A stretch of DNA of 64,000 bases, taken from NCBI RefSeq assembly GCF_009914755.1, contig NC_060946.1; one strand, given 5' to 3'. Positions 1 to 23,479 of this stretch are shown here, in pieces; position 1 is the stretch's first letter; every line of letters begins with the position of its first letter. The position numbers and the translations under genes are program-made. A model generated the notes under the pieces. The model had not been told where the DNA came from, did not search any database, and saw only the letters and a program-made list of their open reading frames with translations. Source of the stretch: the human T2T-CHM13v2.0 reference genome, Homo sapiens.

Positions 1-1356
<1,356 letters not shown>

Positions 1357-1908
1357 TTATCCATGTGATTTTCAAGGGACATTGTCCAGGAGGCAGCTGG
1401 AGATGTGGTCCTCGCCCACCGAACATCACTGGGGCTGGCAAGCCCTGGCTCTTGCTTTATGAGGGTCACTCAGCAGCACAGTTGAAGTATCAAGTATCTC
1501 AGCAATGCCTGTGTTAGGGCATTGGTGAGTTAGGGAAAAGGGGAAGGAACATTGCAATTTCTAATCATTTGTCATGTTCGTGTCCCTGAGCTTATCACAC
1601 ACAGGTCTCAGATACTCAACCTTGAAATACAATGTGTCGTGCAAATTGTATCTTAGTTAAAAAAAAAAAAAAAAAAGAAAAAAAGTGGGGAAGAATATGT
1701 GGACCATCTCAGCCAGAGCTCTAGCTTGGTGGGATTTACCTTTTCTTCCTGTGACCCCTCCCACCAGGCAGCTCTGTGGTCCATTGGTGGAGATTTGTTG
1801 GGGGTCACCCTGCCTTGTTGAGAAAGACAAGACCTGGGGCTCAGAGAGAGGTGTGGCCCCCCAAGGTTGGGCCTGTGCAATGCACCTGAGAACTTCAGAG
1901 GTTAAGTG

Positions 1909-3315
<1,407 letters not shown>

Positions 3316-3711
3316 AGTCAAAAGAACAGCCACCACGTCTGCATCTATTCGATGTCAGCATCCCCACCTGCAGATGAGGGGAAGGTCCCTTGCCCAAGGT
3401 TGCCAAAGTTGGCAGTGCTGAGCTTTGAGCCAGGTCTTTCCTTTCTACCCCTCTGCCTGCCCTGCCTTCCACATGGGAGCTTCCTCCCCATCCTGCCTTT
3501 GTTGATGCTGACAGATCAACTTGGTGAATTACATCCTTCATTCAATAGACACAACAGAGTCATGTAGACATCATCTCTGGGACCCAGCCCTGTGCTAAAG
3601 ATACCAAAGATGATGAGAACATGGCCCCTGACCTGAAGAGGTTATAATCCAATGGTAAACAGGTACATAAAGAAATAAAAAAAACAAGGCCAAGGCAGGA
3701 GGATCGCCTTG

Positions 3712-4406
3712 GGTAACTGTCCAAGGGGTTCACCTTGCCCACTGCCTAGACAGAGCCGATTCATCAAGACAGGGGAATTGCAATAGAGAAAGGGTAATTC
3801 ATGCAGGGCTGGCTGTGCAGGAGACTGGAGTTTTATTATAACTCAAATCAGCCTCCCTGAGCATTCGGGGAGCAGAGTTTTTAAGGATAACTTGGTGGGT
3901 GGGTGGAAGCCAGTGAGCCCGGAGCGCTGATTGGTCAGAGATGAAATCATAGGGAGTTGAAGCTGTCTTGCACTGAGTCAGTTCCTGGGTGGGGTCCCCA
4001 AGATCAGATGAGCCAGTTTATTGATCTGGGTGGTACTAGCTAATTCATCAAATGCACGGTCTGCAAAATATCTCAAGCACTGATTTTGGGAGCAGTTTAG
4101 GGAGAGTCAGAATCTTGCAACCTCAGCTGCATGACTCCTAAACCATAATTTCTAATCTGTGGCTAATGTGAGTCCTACAAAGGCAATCTAGTCCCCAGGC
4201 AAGAAGGAGGTCTGCTTTGGGAAAGGGCTGTTACTGTCTTTACCATCTTTTTTTAAATTATAAACCATAAACTAAGTTTCTCCCAAAGTTAGTTCAGCCT
4301 ACACCCAGGAATGATCAAGGACAGCTTGGAGGTTAGAAGCAAGGTGGAGTCGATTAAGTTAGATCTATCTCACTGTCTCAGTCATAATTTTGTAAAGGCG
4401 ATTTCA
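3712..4406 (-). mobile_element. ERV1 solo LTR (LTR8-like) inserted inside an old Alu
   Basis: Minus strand begins TGAAATCGCCTTTACAAAATTATGACTGAGACAGTG; Alu sequence resumes on both sides. Confidence 0.7.
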
Positions 4407-9070
<4,664 letters not shown>

Positions 9071-10471
9071 TCATATAGGATTGTCAGGGCTTGATATCTG
9101 TGTCCTTATAGACACATACGGTGTAAGAAACTTCCACTATTTTTTTCTAAATGTCTGCCTACAAACTTTTCTTGGTGCAAAAATCTTTCACTTACTGAAA
9201 GAAAACAGACCATGATAAGCTGTTCAGAAAAGTCTGCTACATTGTTGGGATCAGGCATTGAGATGGCAGGGAGGGAGTGGGCCCCAGAGGCAGGCCTTTG
9301 AGCCTCCTGGGGCTGGGCAGTGAGTGAGGAAGAGGTCCCCTGACTATGGCCACAGTGACTGCCTAGGACAGTGGTCCAAGGAGAGGCCTGCCTGTGATGG
9401 GGCTTTGGTGCCACCATGGCTCCCTGTGCTGCTCCTGGAGCTAACACATCTGGCCAGGACCCTCTATGGGGGTAGGACAAATCCTCAGGGCTGGCTCTCG
9501 AGGGCTTGTGCCCACTTCTTGGCTGTGGGAGGCCCAGATGTCCAGAACACCGATGTCCAAGTCCCAGGAAGCAGATCCAAGACAGCTTTGTGTATGGAGC
9601 CCCCCAGCTGAGGTCCTGTCCTCAACTGGTTCAGAGCCTGGCTCCACCCAAGACCAGCCACCTGTTCTCAAGACCAGGTGAGAACAGGAGGGATCTGCAG
9701 GACCACAACGCAGCTGGGATCCAGGGACCTTCTGAGGGAAATCTGGGGCAGGCCAGTCATCAGCCCTCCCAGCCAGGATTCTTGCCTCTGTTTCCCTGGC
9801 TCTGCCTCACGTCACCTCTTGCCTGGGGGACCTTGGTTTTGGGCTCCCTTCCACCAGCTGAAGCCTCCATTTGGTGGGTGTGAGGCCCAGTCCTAACCCC
9901 CCAGCTCCCCACCCCTTCCCCAGGCAGACTCTGGCCTCAGCTGTCTGTGCTAGACTTAGCTCCAGGTTTGGCCCCCTCCTGACTGAGGGGTTGGCTCACA
10001 CCCCTTTCACCTCCACCCCCACCCCCACTTGCCACACTGTGGCCTGCTCCCATGGGTGAACCCCCTGTAGGTGCCAGGCAGCTCCAGCCCGTCTGCCTGC
10101 CTGTGCACCCTCAGTCCCTTGGGCCTCCCCCCCGCCCCCACCCAGAGGTCCTGAGAGAGGGTGCTCTCCGGGATCAGCTCTGTGAAAGTGAGGGGCAGAC
10201 AGAGAGCACTGAGCCACTATCTGGCTGTGAAGATGAGTTTCAGACACATAAGCCAGTTCACCAGAGAACAGTCAAGACAGCAGATACTTAGGAAGGAAAT
10301 CCTGCTGGGAGCTTCAGAGGAGCAGGGGTGTGGGGAGGAGGACATGGATGCTTGAGTAGGTGTGGTGGGCGGCCCAGGGCCTGGTCCCAGCTCTTGCATC
10401 CGGGGCTAGTTCCCCTGCTTCCCTAAGGATGCCCCCTCTGTGACACAGTGGACACAGATAAAGCTGTCTTT

Positions 10472-10961
<490 letters not shown>

Positions 10962-12258
10962 CTAGGACAGCTGCTCCCATGCGCCCACAAGCCTGAGGGC
11001 CTCCCCCACATTCTACGGAGAAGTTCAGGGCAGCACTTTTGGCCGTGGCTGGGCAGTGTCTGCGGGGAGGCATTTCTGATGTTTGTGTGCCCTTGAAGCC
11101 TGAGCTCAGCCAGGAGCACAAGGGCGAGTTTCCCGGCCCCTGCTGCCTTGCTTTCTCTTGATTGAGAAAGGAACCAAAGATCAAAAGGCAGTGAAGAATT
11201 GGGGACTCTGAGAAGGGTGACTTTCCAAGGCTTGGACCCCTTAGCAGCTTTGCGGCCTAGGGGCACTTGACCCCTGTGTGATAAGCCGAATCCTCTTTGT
11301 CTTAGGTGGGGAATTGGTAGCTGGCTCATCCCTTGCCCCAGCACCTGCAGCAGCGTGGCAAACACTTGGCCAACATGCGCTGAAGGACTGGTCGACAGAG
11401 TCCCACGACTGGCTGCTTCAATACTGACCCCCTGAGGGCACTGAGAAGGCTCTGAAGCCGTCTCCAAGAGCAGTTTCATGTGTGCTAGGAGCTGCAGCCA
11501 CATGGGACTGGGCCTGTGCGTGCTATCCTGGGGCTTCAGGGGGAACCAGCCCTCCAGCCTGCTAAGCGACCAGCAGCAACGCTCGGGCCAAGGCCCTGCA
11601 TTTTGCTGCTGGCCGTCCTTGGGTGGGTGAGGCTACAGAGGTCTGGACTGGAGGTTGTGGTTGGGGGCCACAGGTCTAGAGCAAAGGGAGGCAGGTGGGC
11701 GGGCCTTGTGGGGGGTTCCCTAAAATCCATCAGGTGTGGTGGTCCTGAGGTGAGTTTCTGATATCTGTCCAAGCAGCCATCAGGGGCCAGTCCCTTCCAC
11801 CAGGAACAGTGAGGCTTGCCCACCACCGAAGCGCTGCTCCCCACCCCCTCAGCCTCGCTCCCCCACCTAGTGCAGCCACCACTGCCATTCCTAGTTCTCT
11901 GCCAGGACCCCAGGGCTTAGCACTGCCCACCCCTGCTGCTGGTGGATCTCTCCAGGTCTTCTGTTAAGGCATTTTTATCTTTTTTTTCCCTTAAAATTCC
12001 CATGACAGATTACATAAAAGCATTTTTAAAGCATGTTCACCGTACTAAAAAAAATTAGGATTTAGAAGAAAACCTAAAGGGGGGAGGAAAAAACCCCCTA
12101 TAACCCTGCCCCTCAGGGAGCACCAGCAGTGAACCTGCAGTGGATTCACTTCTGGGCGGCAGCCGAGCTCCCATGTGGGACAAGTGCCATGCAGGCTTCG
12201 AGGATGGCGGAGCGGGGTGGCAGGAGCAGGGGGCAGAAGAAAGGCTCAGTGCTTTGTT

Positions 12259-12654
<396 letters not shown>

Positions 12655-12975
12655 TAAAATGAGGGGTCCTCAATGCTCCTGTGGCTCCCCAATGTCACGT
12701 GAGGTCCCAGGGGCTTAATCCCTTTCCTGTCACCTTCCTGCTGCTGGTGGGGGTGGGCTCAGAGCCCCTCAGGGAGGAAAATCAGGTTGCTGGCTAGACC
12801 AGGAGGGTGTAGGCCACCAGGGCTCTCTCCAGAATTTGTCTGCTCGCTTCGCAAGATTTGCAGATGGTCCCCAATATTAAAGCAGCTTCCAAACACATCT
12901 GGACATCAAAGGGGACAAGATGCTCAGAAGTCAGGAAGAAGGCAGGACTCGGGCGACAGAGTTCAGAACTTGTGG

Positions 12976-12981
12976 TTTATT
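12976..12981 (-). terminator. PPM1F: PPM1F polyadenylation signal AATAAA
   Basis: tttatt on plus strand; position gives the ~5.2 kb mRNA length I recall. Confidence 0.8.
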
Positions 12982-15755
12982 GACACTTCTGCATGGTGGG
13001 TCCTTGGGAGACTGCCTTTCTGGCATCTTGGGACTTGTCCCTAAGAATAGGGAAGACAGTCATCCTGTCCTGGAGCAAAGCTCCCCCTTGCACAGGAACA
13101 CAACTCCCATGCAGGAGAAGCCCACCGAGACGAACGCAGATAAACCCTTCGCAAGGCCTGCACTGCACCGGAATGGCAGAGCTCCGTGCATTTGGCAAAG
13201 CTATGGAGCCTTGGCAGAATGCACAGGACTCTGGGGGCTGCCCCCCTTGAGCTACAGAGGCAGAATCGAACCAAAAACACTGCTTCCTTTAACACAGCCC
13301 AACTGGCTTACATTTAGCTTGGGACGAGGCTAGGCCTAAGAAGGGCCAGAGCTGTCCTCCCAGCCCTGGGAACACGGCTGAGACGGCCCGGTGCCCACGC
13401 TGGGCTCACCATAGGAGAGGAGAGGAGAGGGAGGGGGCCCCATACTGGCCCTGCCGTCTGCACCCCGTCCCTTTCCCCACTAAACACACCCATTTCCTAT
13501 CCTGGGTTCTGAGGCTGGGACTGCCTCTGGGATTCTGAGGGACTGCCCTCCACCCCTGCAGGCCTGGGCTCAGAGTCAGCCACACCTGTAAGGCAGGCCC
13601 TGCTTCCCCAGCTTTTGTATTCCATATACGGTGCTGGCATGTGGAGCTCCATTCTTCTCCAGCCCACTTAATTTTAAGAATAGACACTAATAAGACTTAA
13701 CCACCCCAACCTGCTGGCAGCAGGAGGGCCCCTGTGTGCTGGCAGCATCTCCCCAGGACACGCCGGCTCACCTGCACCCACAGCGTTCTAGGAGGTCGCG
13801 GCCTCTGCAGACTCAGTGCAACCCCTGGGCCTTACAAAAGGGACACTCAGAGGTGCACTGCCTGCTCAGCTCACACAAGGAACAAGTGGAGAGCTGGGCT
13901 GGAGAAAGGATTACAATTTACAGACCAGTGTCCCTGGCTAGGGGCCCTCATGGGACTGTGGCTGGAAGAGAAGGTCGCCCCGGAGGTTGGAGGCTGAAGA
14001 CACCTGGTGCTTCTTGGTGCAGTCCTGGTCAAGATGGAAGAGCGCTCCTCTGTGCCCAGCTGCTGTGCAGGGGTGGACGAGGGCTCCCTCGGCCCCAAGG
14101 CAAGGGTGGAGCAGCTCCCAGTGCTGGCACCAGACCTCTGCCAGGCACGGGGCATGGCCATCCTCTGGGGTCCTGGCTCAGGGGTGGGGAGCGGCAGTGC
14201 TGGGACAAGCCTGGGGAAAGGGTTTCCCATACACTGAGGCTGCGAGATCTTCCAGTGGAGCCTCAGGCTAGGGTATGAATCAGACCACCAGGTGATAGGA
14301 GCCAAACCTCCACATGGTGAAACTTCACTCTCGGCAGCCAGGAACAGAATTATTAGCAAAGAAAAGAGAAAAGCAGATGCCAATCATTCTCTCTCTTCGT
14401 CAAGGTTATGCCCACGGGCAGGGTGGGCTAGTGGTGAGGGTGGAGCTGCGTCCCTGACCCCCAGAAGGAGACAGCAGGCCTTCAAGTTAAGCCAAGCAAT
14501 ACTTGGTCATTGTTTGTGGCCAACCATTCTCTGAATGTCTGAATGACAGCGACTATGTTTAAGGTTTTTTTTTGTAAATAAGAGACCTTAAGCAATGCAT
14601 TGACTGCATGGTCTCAACCTCATCTGTGCTGTGAGAATGAGGGGTAAGGCTGGGCATGCAGGTAGGGCCCCAGCAAAGCTGGCTCCCCGCTCCCTGTGGG
14701 ACAGAGGGCTCCCACCGGGAAGGCGGCTCTAGCGTGCCTCCTCGGCGAGCTGAGAGGAGGCCAAGGTGCTTGGGGCACAGCTGTGCAAACCTTCCTGGGG
14801 CTCTCGCTGTCTGCAGGTGGACTCTGAATGCCTTCATGGGGACCACACAGCCCAGCTTCCTCCCTTTCTCCTCTCCTCCCCCTGCACTGCTCTGACCTGC
14901 CTGGAGCAGCCCTGCCCACCTCCAGCTCAGCCCTTCCTGTGGCTTGGCCCTGCAGATGGCCTCTGAGTCCTCCCCTAGCCCCCTGCCCTCTTCCCTCTAC
15001 CCGACACCCTCCCCCAGCCTTGCCACTTTCAACTTTGCACGCCCTCAGTGAGCTCCCTGAGGCACCCAGGATCGGTCACTTGTGAGCCCCCTCTCAGGGT
15101 GCACTAGGGGACGTGGAGCTCTCATGCCTGTTCAGGGCATGGGGCAGAGCAAGGCAGGCGTGCTGCCAGCCACCGCGGCAAGGTGAGGGGCTGTGGCCTG
15201 TGCCATGGACTCCCAGCAGCATCCCTGCTGCCTCCAGACTGAGACAGAGACCCACGGGCTGCCTCTGTGCTTGCCTGAGCCTCTTAATTAAGAGTCTTTC
15301 CCAATGAGACCAATTTGATTACAAATTCACAAGATATTTGGGAATGTTCCAATCACACAGCAGCAAGGTCCCTCTGCCTGGGATCCAGCCAGGCCCAAGG
15401 GGGTGGGAATGCAGGCAGATGGGCCAAGGTCACCCGGGATGCCCAGAGCCCCGCTGTCGGGCCCAGGCACCACTACGTGGCAGTCGCAGCTCCTGCCAGT
15501 CACCTGGGCAGCGGGGGGAGGGGAGAACCTTGGGGGTGTTCAGCATCACAAAGAGGCGGAAAACTCTTCCAGAAAGATCTCACCAAAATCATGCCTCCCT
15601 AACAAAACAAATCCTGCTTTTCTAAAAACCTCAATGGGCCTATCCGAGCCCACTGCAGTCCTAGTTTCTTCAAAGCTGTGTAAGGCACTTGAATGGCTTA
15701 TTAACACCACCTGGAAAAGTTCCTGTTTCAATCCTGATTTAGAAAATAAATTCAA

Positions 15756-15763
15756 TAATACTG
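15756..15763 (-). promoter_or_regulatory. miR-200b/c/429 8mer seed site (CAGUAUUA) in PPM1F 3' UTR; second 7mer-m8 site at 15904-15910
   Basis: taatactg and aatactg on plus strand, inside the AU-rich island. Confidence 0.7.
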
Positions 15764-16629
15764 CAAAAAAAGGTTCCTTGAAAAATAGCTTTAAAAAAGT
15801 AAATACTTAAGTTTTCTAAAGAATAAAATAAATGCTAAGCTCTGCTTAAATTATATGACACAACAGGTCATCTTGGCACTGATAAAACAAAGAGAAAACC
15901 TGGAATACTGCTTCGGAATTAGACCTCCCTGGAAAAAAACAAACACACCAACAAAAGACACATGTGCGTCGCCGGTTCCGGGCTCAGGGAAGAGAGCAGC
16001 CCGGAAGGCCCTGGTGGGCCCAAGCACATCATGGCTGCCCTGGAGTGGGGGCAGGGGGGTGGCTGCTACAGAACAGACCCCTGGCTCTGCTGCGCTCTCC
16101 TCTTTGGGACACTGGTGTGGCCGACCAGGACTGGCTGGGCATATCTGTAAATATGAACCCACCTGGCCCTGGCCGCAGAGAGGAGCAATGGGAAACTGGG
16201 GCTGGCCACTCCGCTGCTGGGCCTGACCCAGGGGGTGCTTCAAGAGTTTGGCTCCTGGGTCCGCCCCAGGGTCCCACGTGCACAACCATGCTGCCCCATG
16301 CACACCAGTGTCTTTGGTTTGGCTGCCGTTGGGCACCTATGACCTCTGGTCCCACCCCGGGCCTAATAGGAGCTGGGAGCAAGAGCCGGTCCATCTTCTC
16401 TTTGGTGAGGTCTCCTAAGCTGCCTTCCACCATCTGCCCGCCACCCAGTGCAGTTCCACAGCCACCAGGACGGGCTGCGGGGGGGTGTCCCGACTGGCTC
16501 TGGGGTGCTGGGGAAAGCACTGTGGGGCGGGCACCCTGTCCACTGCCTGCCACCTGTTGGGTCCTGAGGCTTCTGAGGGAGAGAAGGACAAGGATGGGAG
16601 GAAGGGGAGGGCAGGGGCCTGGAAACCAC

Positions 16630-17009
16630 CTAGCTTCTTGGTGGAGCCTGGGTCTCAGGTTCTGGAAGGCTGGAGGGCAAGTCCTGCCTCCTCCCTTCTG
16701 CCTGGGGGTCCCCTTCTCCCTGGTTCCCGCCCTCCAGCAGCTCTTGGGGGTCCCTGAGGAAGACCACCATGACCGTGATGTTGTCGTGGGAGCCCCGCTC
16801 CCGGGCCGCAGCCACCAGCTCCTCGGCGACACGGAGCCCGCTGCCCTGCTGCCTGGTCAGGTGGCTCTGGACCAGGCCAACAACTTCCTGGTGGGGTACG
16901 ACGTCAAAGAAGCCATCACAGGCAAGCAGCAGGTAGTCCTCGGAGCCCGTCAGCGCCCGGGAAGCTGCATCGGCCTCCCCAGACACGTAGGGCTTCTGGA
17001 AGACATCCC
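16630..17009 (-). CDS. PPM1F: PPM1F exon 8 coding part (380 nt), LACDG and GSHDNIT motifs, stop TAG
   Basis: cag|GG acceptor; spliced CDS totals 1365 nt = 454 aa + stop. Confidence 0.98.
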
Positions 17010-17197
17010 CTGGACAGGCGGAGAAGAGCCCGGGTCAGAGGACCACGGTGTCCACAGCTTCCTCCCCACCTACCCAGGCCTAGACCTCACATCCTGCAGG
17101 GACAGAGACCAACCTGCTCTCATGGGGTCTGGGGTCTGTTGCTCCCTTATGCAAACTGCCCAGTACTTCCCACTTGCCTGGGAACGGAAACCCTTGA

Positions 17198-18732
<1,535 letters not shown>

Positions 18733-19106
18733 AACCCACTTTTTTCCCAAAAGAGAAAAAAGGATTGTCAGCATGAACGCGGGAGGAGGATAAACCTCAT
18801 TTCCGGAATATTGGAAGCTCTACTTCCAGCCCATAGGGTGGTGAGCCACAGGTTTCTATGAGATTTGTAGGAGCTGTTTTAGGTGAGATAATAACATACA
18901 GTGTAACTTACACTCAGACACTGGTGCTGCAGTCTCTGAATCTGCCCTGTTCCCTTCACACTACGAGGGTATCACCCCAGTGCATGACAAATCCCCCTCG
19001 GCCCATCACACTGCCTCCCTGAACCCCTGGTGAGCCGCGGGCCACACTCGAGGCCTGGGCTTCCGAGAGACCTTCTCCCACTTGGGTCGGCCTCTTTGGC
19101 TCTCAC

Positions 19107-19200
19107 CGATGGCTCTGGAGACGGCCAGGGTCCCGTTGACTCTCCAGCAGTCCATGTGAGACACAAAGCCACCCAATGCTTCAATGCGCGCCTTCTCATC
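19107..19200 (-). CDS. PPM1F: PPM1F exon 7 (94 nt), [13 protein letters not shown]
   Basis: cag|GAT acceptor, G|GTGAG donor; [11 protein letters not shown]2C motif. Confidence 0.98.
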
Positions 19201-19669
19201 CTGCAGAAACACAGCCAGAGTTGGGGGCAGGGCCGGGGGGATGGGGCGTGAAGCCCCCTGCTGCTACCTGAGCAGAGGCACAGCTGCTTCTAAGACAGCA
19301 GCATTCAAAGCCGCAGCACTGGAACAAAGCCAGGAGGCTCAGAGATGCACCCAAACGAGGCTCATCAAAAACAGTGAGAAATTATACACAACCCACAAGT
19401 CCTTTAGTTGCAGGAATGGTGAAATGAACGGACCACCTGAGGCCGCCTAGCGGTGCCTGCGCCCCTGGGCAGCATTCTGGGTCAGGGAGGCACTCACGAG
19501 GCTTGCGAGCCCGACACAGACAGCAGATCCTTCTGCTTCCCTGTCTCTAGCTCGGGGACACCGTCTCTGCCCTGAAAGCTGCTGGGCCAAGATGGAGCAT
19601 GTGACGTGAGTGGTCACACAGCAGGGAAGCCTGAGCGAGGCCCTGACGGCAGCCTGTGCCCGCCCAGTT

Positions 19670-19970
19670 CTTTTTTTTTTTTTTTTTTTGAGACAGAGTC
19701 TCGCTCTGTCACCTGGCTGGAGTGAAGTGGCACGATCTTGGCTCACTACAACCTCTGCCTCCTGGGTTCAAGTGATTCTCCTGCCTCAGCCTCCTGAGTA
19801 GCTGTGACTACAGGGGCGTGCCACCATGCCCAGCTAATTTTTTTGTGTTTTTAATGGAGACAGGGTTTCTCAAAGTTGGCCAGACTGGTCTCGATCTCCT
19901 GACCTCATGATCCACCCTCCTCGGCTTCCCAAGGTGCTGGGATTACAGGTGTGAGCCACCGCGCCTGGCC
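19670..19970 (-). mobile_element. Alu in PPM1F intron 6 with TSD-like agttctt flanks
   Basis: Full dimer. Confidence 0.9.
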
Positions 19971-22052
19971 TAGTTCTTGTCCTCCTCTACCCAAGCTCAG
20001 CACAGGCACAGTCTCCACTCAGCTGGGGACCACAACACCCCAGGCCTGGGTTCCTCCAGGGACAGGACAGAGGCTTGGTCCAGCCACAAGTCCTCTAGAA
20101 ACCTCTTTGGTCCTATCAGCCTCTGCCCAAAGGAGAGGCTGCCCCGATGAGAGCCTGCTGACTGAAGCCTGCACAACAGCATCCCTGACAGAGTGACGGA
20201 GGCACCCTGGGAGTGAGGCACCTCCCAAGTCTACTGGGGGAAGAGGGCATCCCTTACCGGTTTATCAGGTAAACCTCTTGACCCCACGCAGCACCAGCCC
20301 TTCTAGTCCCCAGGCACAGCACCAGCTGGGCATGAGAACTCTGATGCTCCAGGTGATGGTGTCCCCTAGACAGATTGGGATATCAGCCAATTCCCTCCCC
20401 AGAGCAGATGGACATGCACTGCGGGAGGCCTGGGGGAGGCAGCCCTCTCCAGATGCCTGCACCAAGGACCAGGCCTCTTTATGTGGCTCCCCTGCAGAGG
20501 GCATTGTGGTGGGAATGACATGGGTTTGCAGGAGTCCCGGCCTTCCTGGGCACTGCAGCCATGAGCCTGTGTGGGAACTGGACCAGTGCCTGGTAGGCTG
20601 GGTGCTCCTGTCCCAGCTGAGGTGGAGAATCAAGCCATGAAGGGGGCAGGAACAGGGACCTCAAGGCTCTCTCTGGGTCTAAGATCTGCCACCTCCGGGG
20701 TCTGAGCAGGGCAAGGGAAAGGCAAGGAGGACCAGGAAGGAGGGAAGAGCAGGAGACAGCCAAGAAGAGGGCAGGAGAAAGGGCACGGGGAGAGGCAGGT
20801 GGACGAACACAGAGTACGCACGAATGTTCACACATACATGTGCCCACACACACGCGTGAAGGCGCCTGCAGACGGCGAGGAGCTGCAGAGGAAGCAGCGC
20901 CTCCTCCCCTGTGCCTCAGAGGCGTTCCCTGGGGAGGGGCTGTGAGCGTGGGAGGCTCCAGGGAGAATGAGGAGCCTTTCTCTGCTTCTGTCTCCCACAC
21001 ACCCCAGCCCACTCCAGCCCCTCAATGTCCCAGAGGCAGGAATGTGGGCAGGTGATGGAGAATGAACGGCAATCTGCTTCCCATGCCCTCTGGAGGTGGC
21101 TCTCCCCCACAGGGGGCCATGCAGGCTAAGCTTAGAACCTTCCTACCTGAAGCCCCTCCCCACCACCAGGGATGGCTGTGGGACAGGGTGGAGCCAAAGG
21201 GCAGGAGGGCACAGGGGCTGTGCTGCTCCCCTGCAGCCTGTGATCCCCTCTCCTGCCATTCTGCACCCCCTGTGCTGGACAGGCTGCGCCGGCTCCCCGG
21301 GCTCGCCCCTCTAACCCTGGCCCTGAACCTGGGTCCTCCTCCCCTCCAGTGGCTCCCACCTCCGTCACACACTGGCCAGGCTCAGTCTGGTCCGGGACTA
21401 ACATATCCCCAGGCTAAGGGGTCTTGTCTCATTCCCCCTGAGTCTCCTAGTCACTGATTCTTGATTCTGTTTTTTGTTTTGTTTTTTTTTTTTTTTTTTT
21501 GGAGACAGGGTCTTGCTTTGTTGCCAAGGCTGGAGTGCAGTGTCATGAACATAGCTCACTGCAGCCTCGACCTCTAGGGCTCAAGCCATCTCCTGCCTTC
21601 GCCTCCCGACTGCCCAGCGCCCACCCCCTCAGCAGCTCTTCCCTCTGCTCCTCAAACCTCATCCTCTCCACCTGCCTGAAACAGCTTCCCAGGTCAAAGC
21701 TGGAGCCGGTGGCCTGTGGGTTCCTGTGAACAGCCATTTCCTGCTTCCTAGGAGTGCAGTGCTCCACACGGCCAGGCCGCAGCAGCGTCGCCTATGGCAC
21801 TGCCATCCTCCTGGATGCCCAAGGCCCTCTGCGATGTCTCCACCTGCAGAGCCGGGACTCCTATCTCTCCCAGGCTGCCTGCCAGGCGTGCCAGCGTGAC
21901 CTGTGACCTTGAGTGACTCTCACTGCCCTCCTGGACTCACTTTTGTGACCCAGCCCTCAACTTGTCCTCCAGTGGCCTGATCACTTCAGAAGCTTCTAGT
22001 GAGTCCTTACAGAGTTCCTCCCAGCCTGGGGCAGTCCAGCTTTTCCAGCTGA

Positions 22053-22421
<369 letters not shown>

Positions 22422-23479
22422 TAGACTTAGAGGCAGGAAGTGGGTCCTGTGTTATCTCACTGCCTCAACAAAGTATCTTGTGCAGAGTGGGCACTCAGTG
22501 TTTGGAGGCTGAACTGAGTGCAGAGGCAGGAGACTGTTCAGACAGCCGCAGAACAAGGCAGAGCACCACGCACTCCCCCCACGTACTCCTGGAAGCTGCT
22601 CTGGGCCGCTGCTGGACCCCCGTTGAAGCTCGCCAAGTTGAGGCCAGTTTCTTGCTCTTGTAACCGACATGATGCTTGTTTTTGTGGGAGAACCTTGGCC
22701 TGGATCTGTGATTAATTCTCTAGGGTGGAAGGCTGTGATCAGGATCACAGCAGGAGGGGCCAAGCCTACAGAGCATGGCGGCAGGAAAGGGGAGGTGGGG
22801 GGCACTGGATCTGAACTCCTTGGCCCATGCGGGCTGCAGCCAAGAACACAGACACCTGTGTGTGCTTCTCTTGTGCAAGCTCTGATCTCTGTGCTCCACA
22901 TGCACTGGGACACTCAATCCTTACCCCAAACCTCCAGGGACCCCTGTGTGATGGACTTGGAAGCGGTGGAGCCGGGACCAGGCAAGGCCATCTGTCCATG
23001 CTCTGCCACGACGCCATACTGCAGGACTCAGGCAGTGTTTGAACAGAGCCCCCACTGGGCTTTAATGGGGTGCTGAATGCTGAGCCTGTAGGTGTGCAGG
23101 CAGCAGGTGGGAGTGGGCCCAGCACGAATCCTGACTTGGCCACATTTCATCTGACTGCATATCCTGGGGAGGAGAGCCCACTAGGGAGCAGGTGCCAAAT
23201 TCCCCCACGGTGGTGGAGGCAGGGGAGTGGCAGAGACTATCTGTGACTTTGGCGGTGTGCTCTGGGCAAGTGACTAAGCCTCAGTTTTCTCCTCTGTACA
23301 ATGGGGAGAGGACGTACAGGGGGCCCATACCAGACCGTGAGCCGCAGTGAAAGGCCAAGGAATGTAGCTGCCCCTGACTGTTACAATCATCAAGTCCTGG
23401 TGTCTCTATGTGCTTTCCAAACCAGAAGCCACAAAAAGACTACTCAACTACAGAAAAACACAAAGCCTCCATGTGGCAA

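Larger units (their letters stand above)
12957..16629 (-). other. PPM1F: PPM1F 3' UTR (~3.7 kb; 3' end approximate)
   Basis: Runs from the stop codon to a minus-strand AATAAA; no Alu although the flanks are Alu-rich. Confidence 0.8.

Noticed and set aside
15745-15832. AATAAA hexamers on the plus strand in the 3' UTR region
   Set aside because: Wrong strand for PPM1F; explained as the complement of U-rich elements
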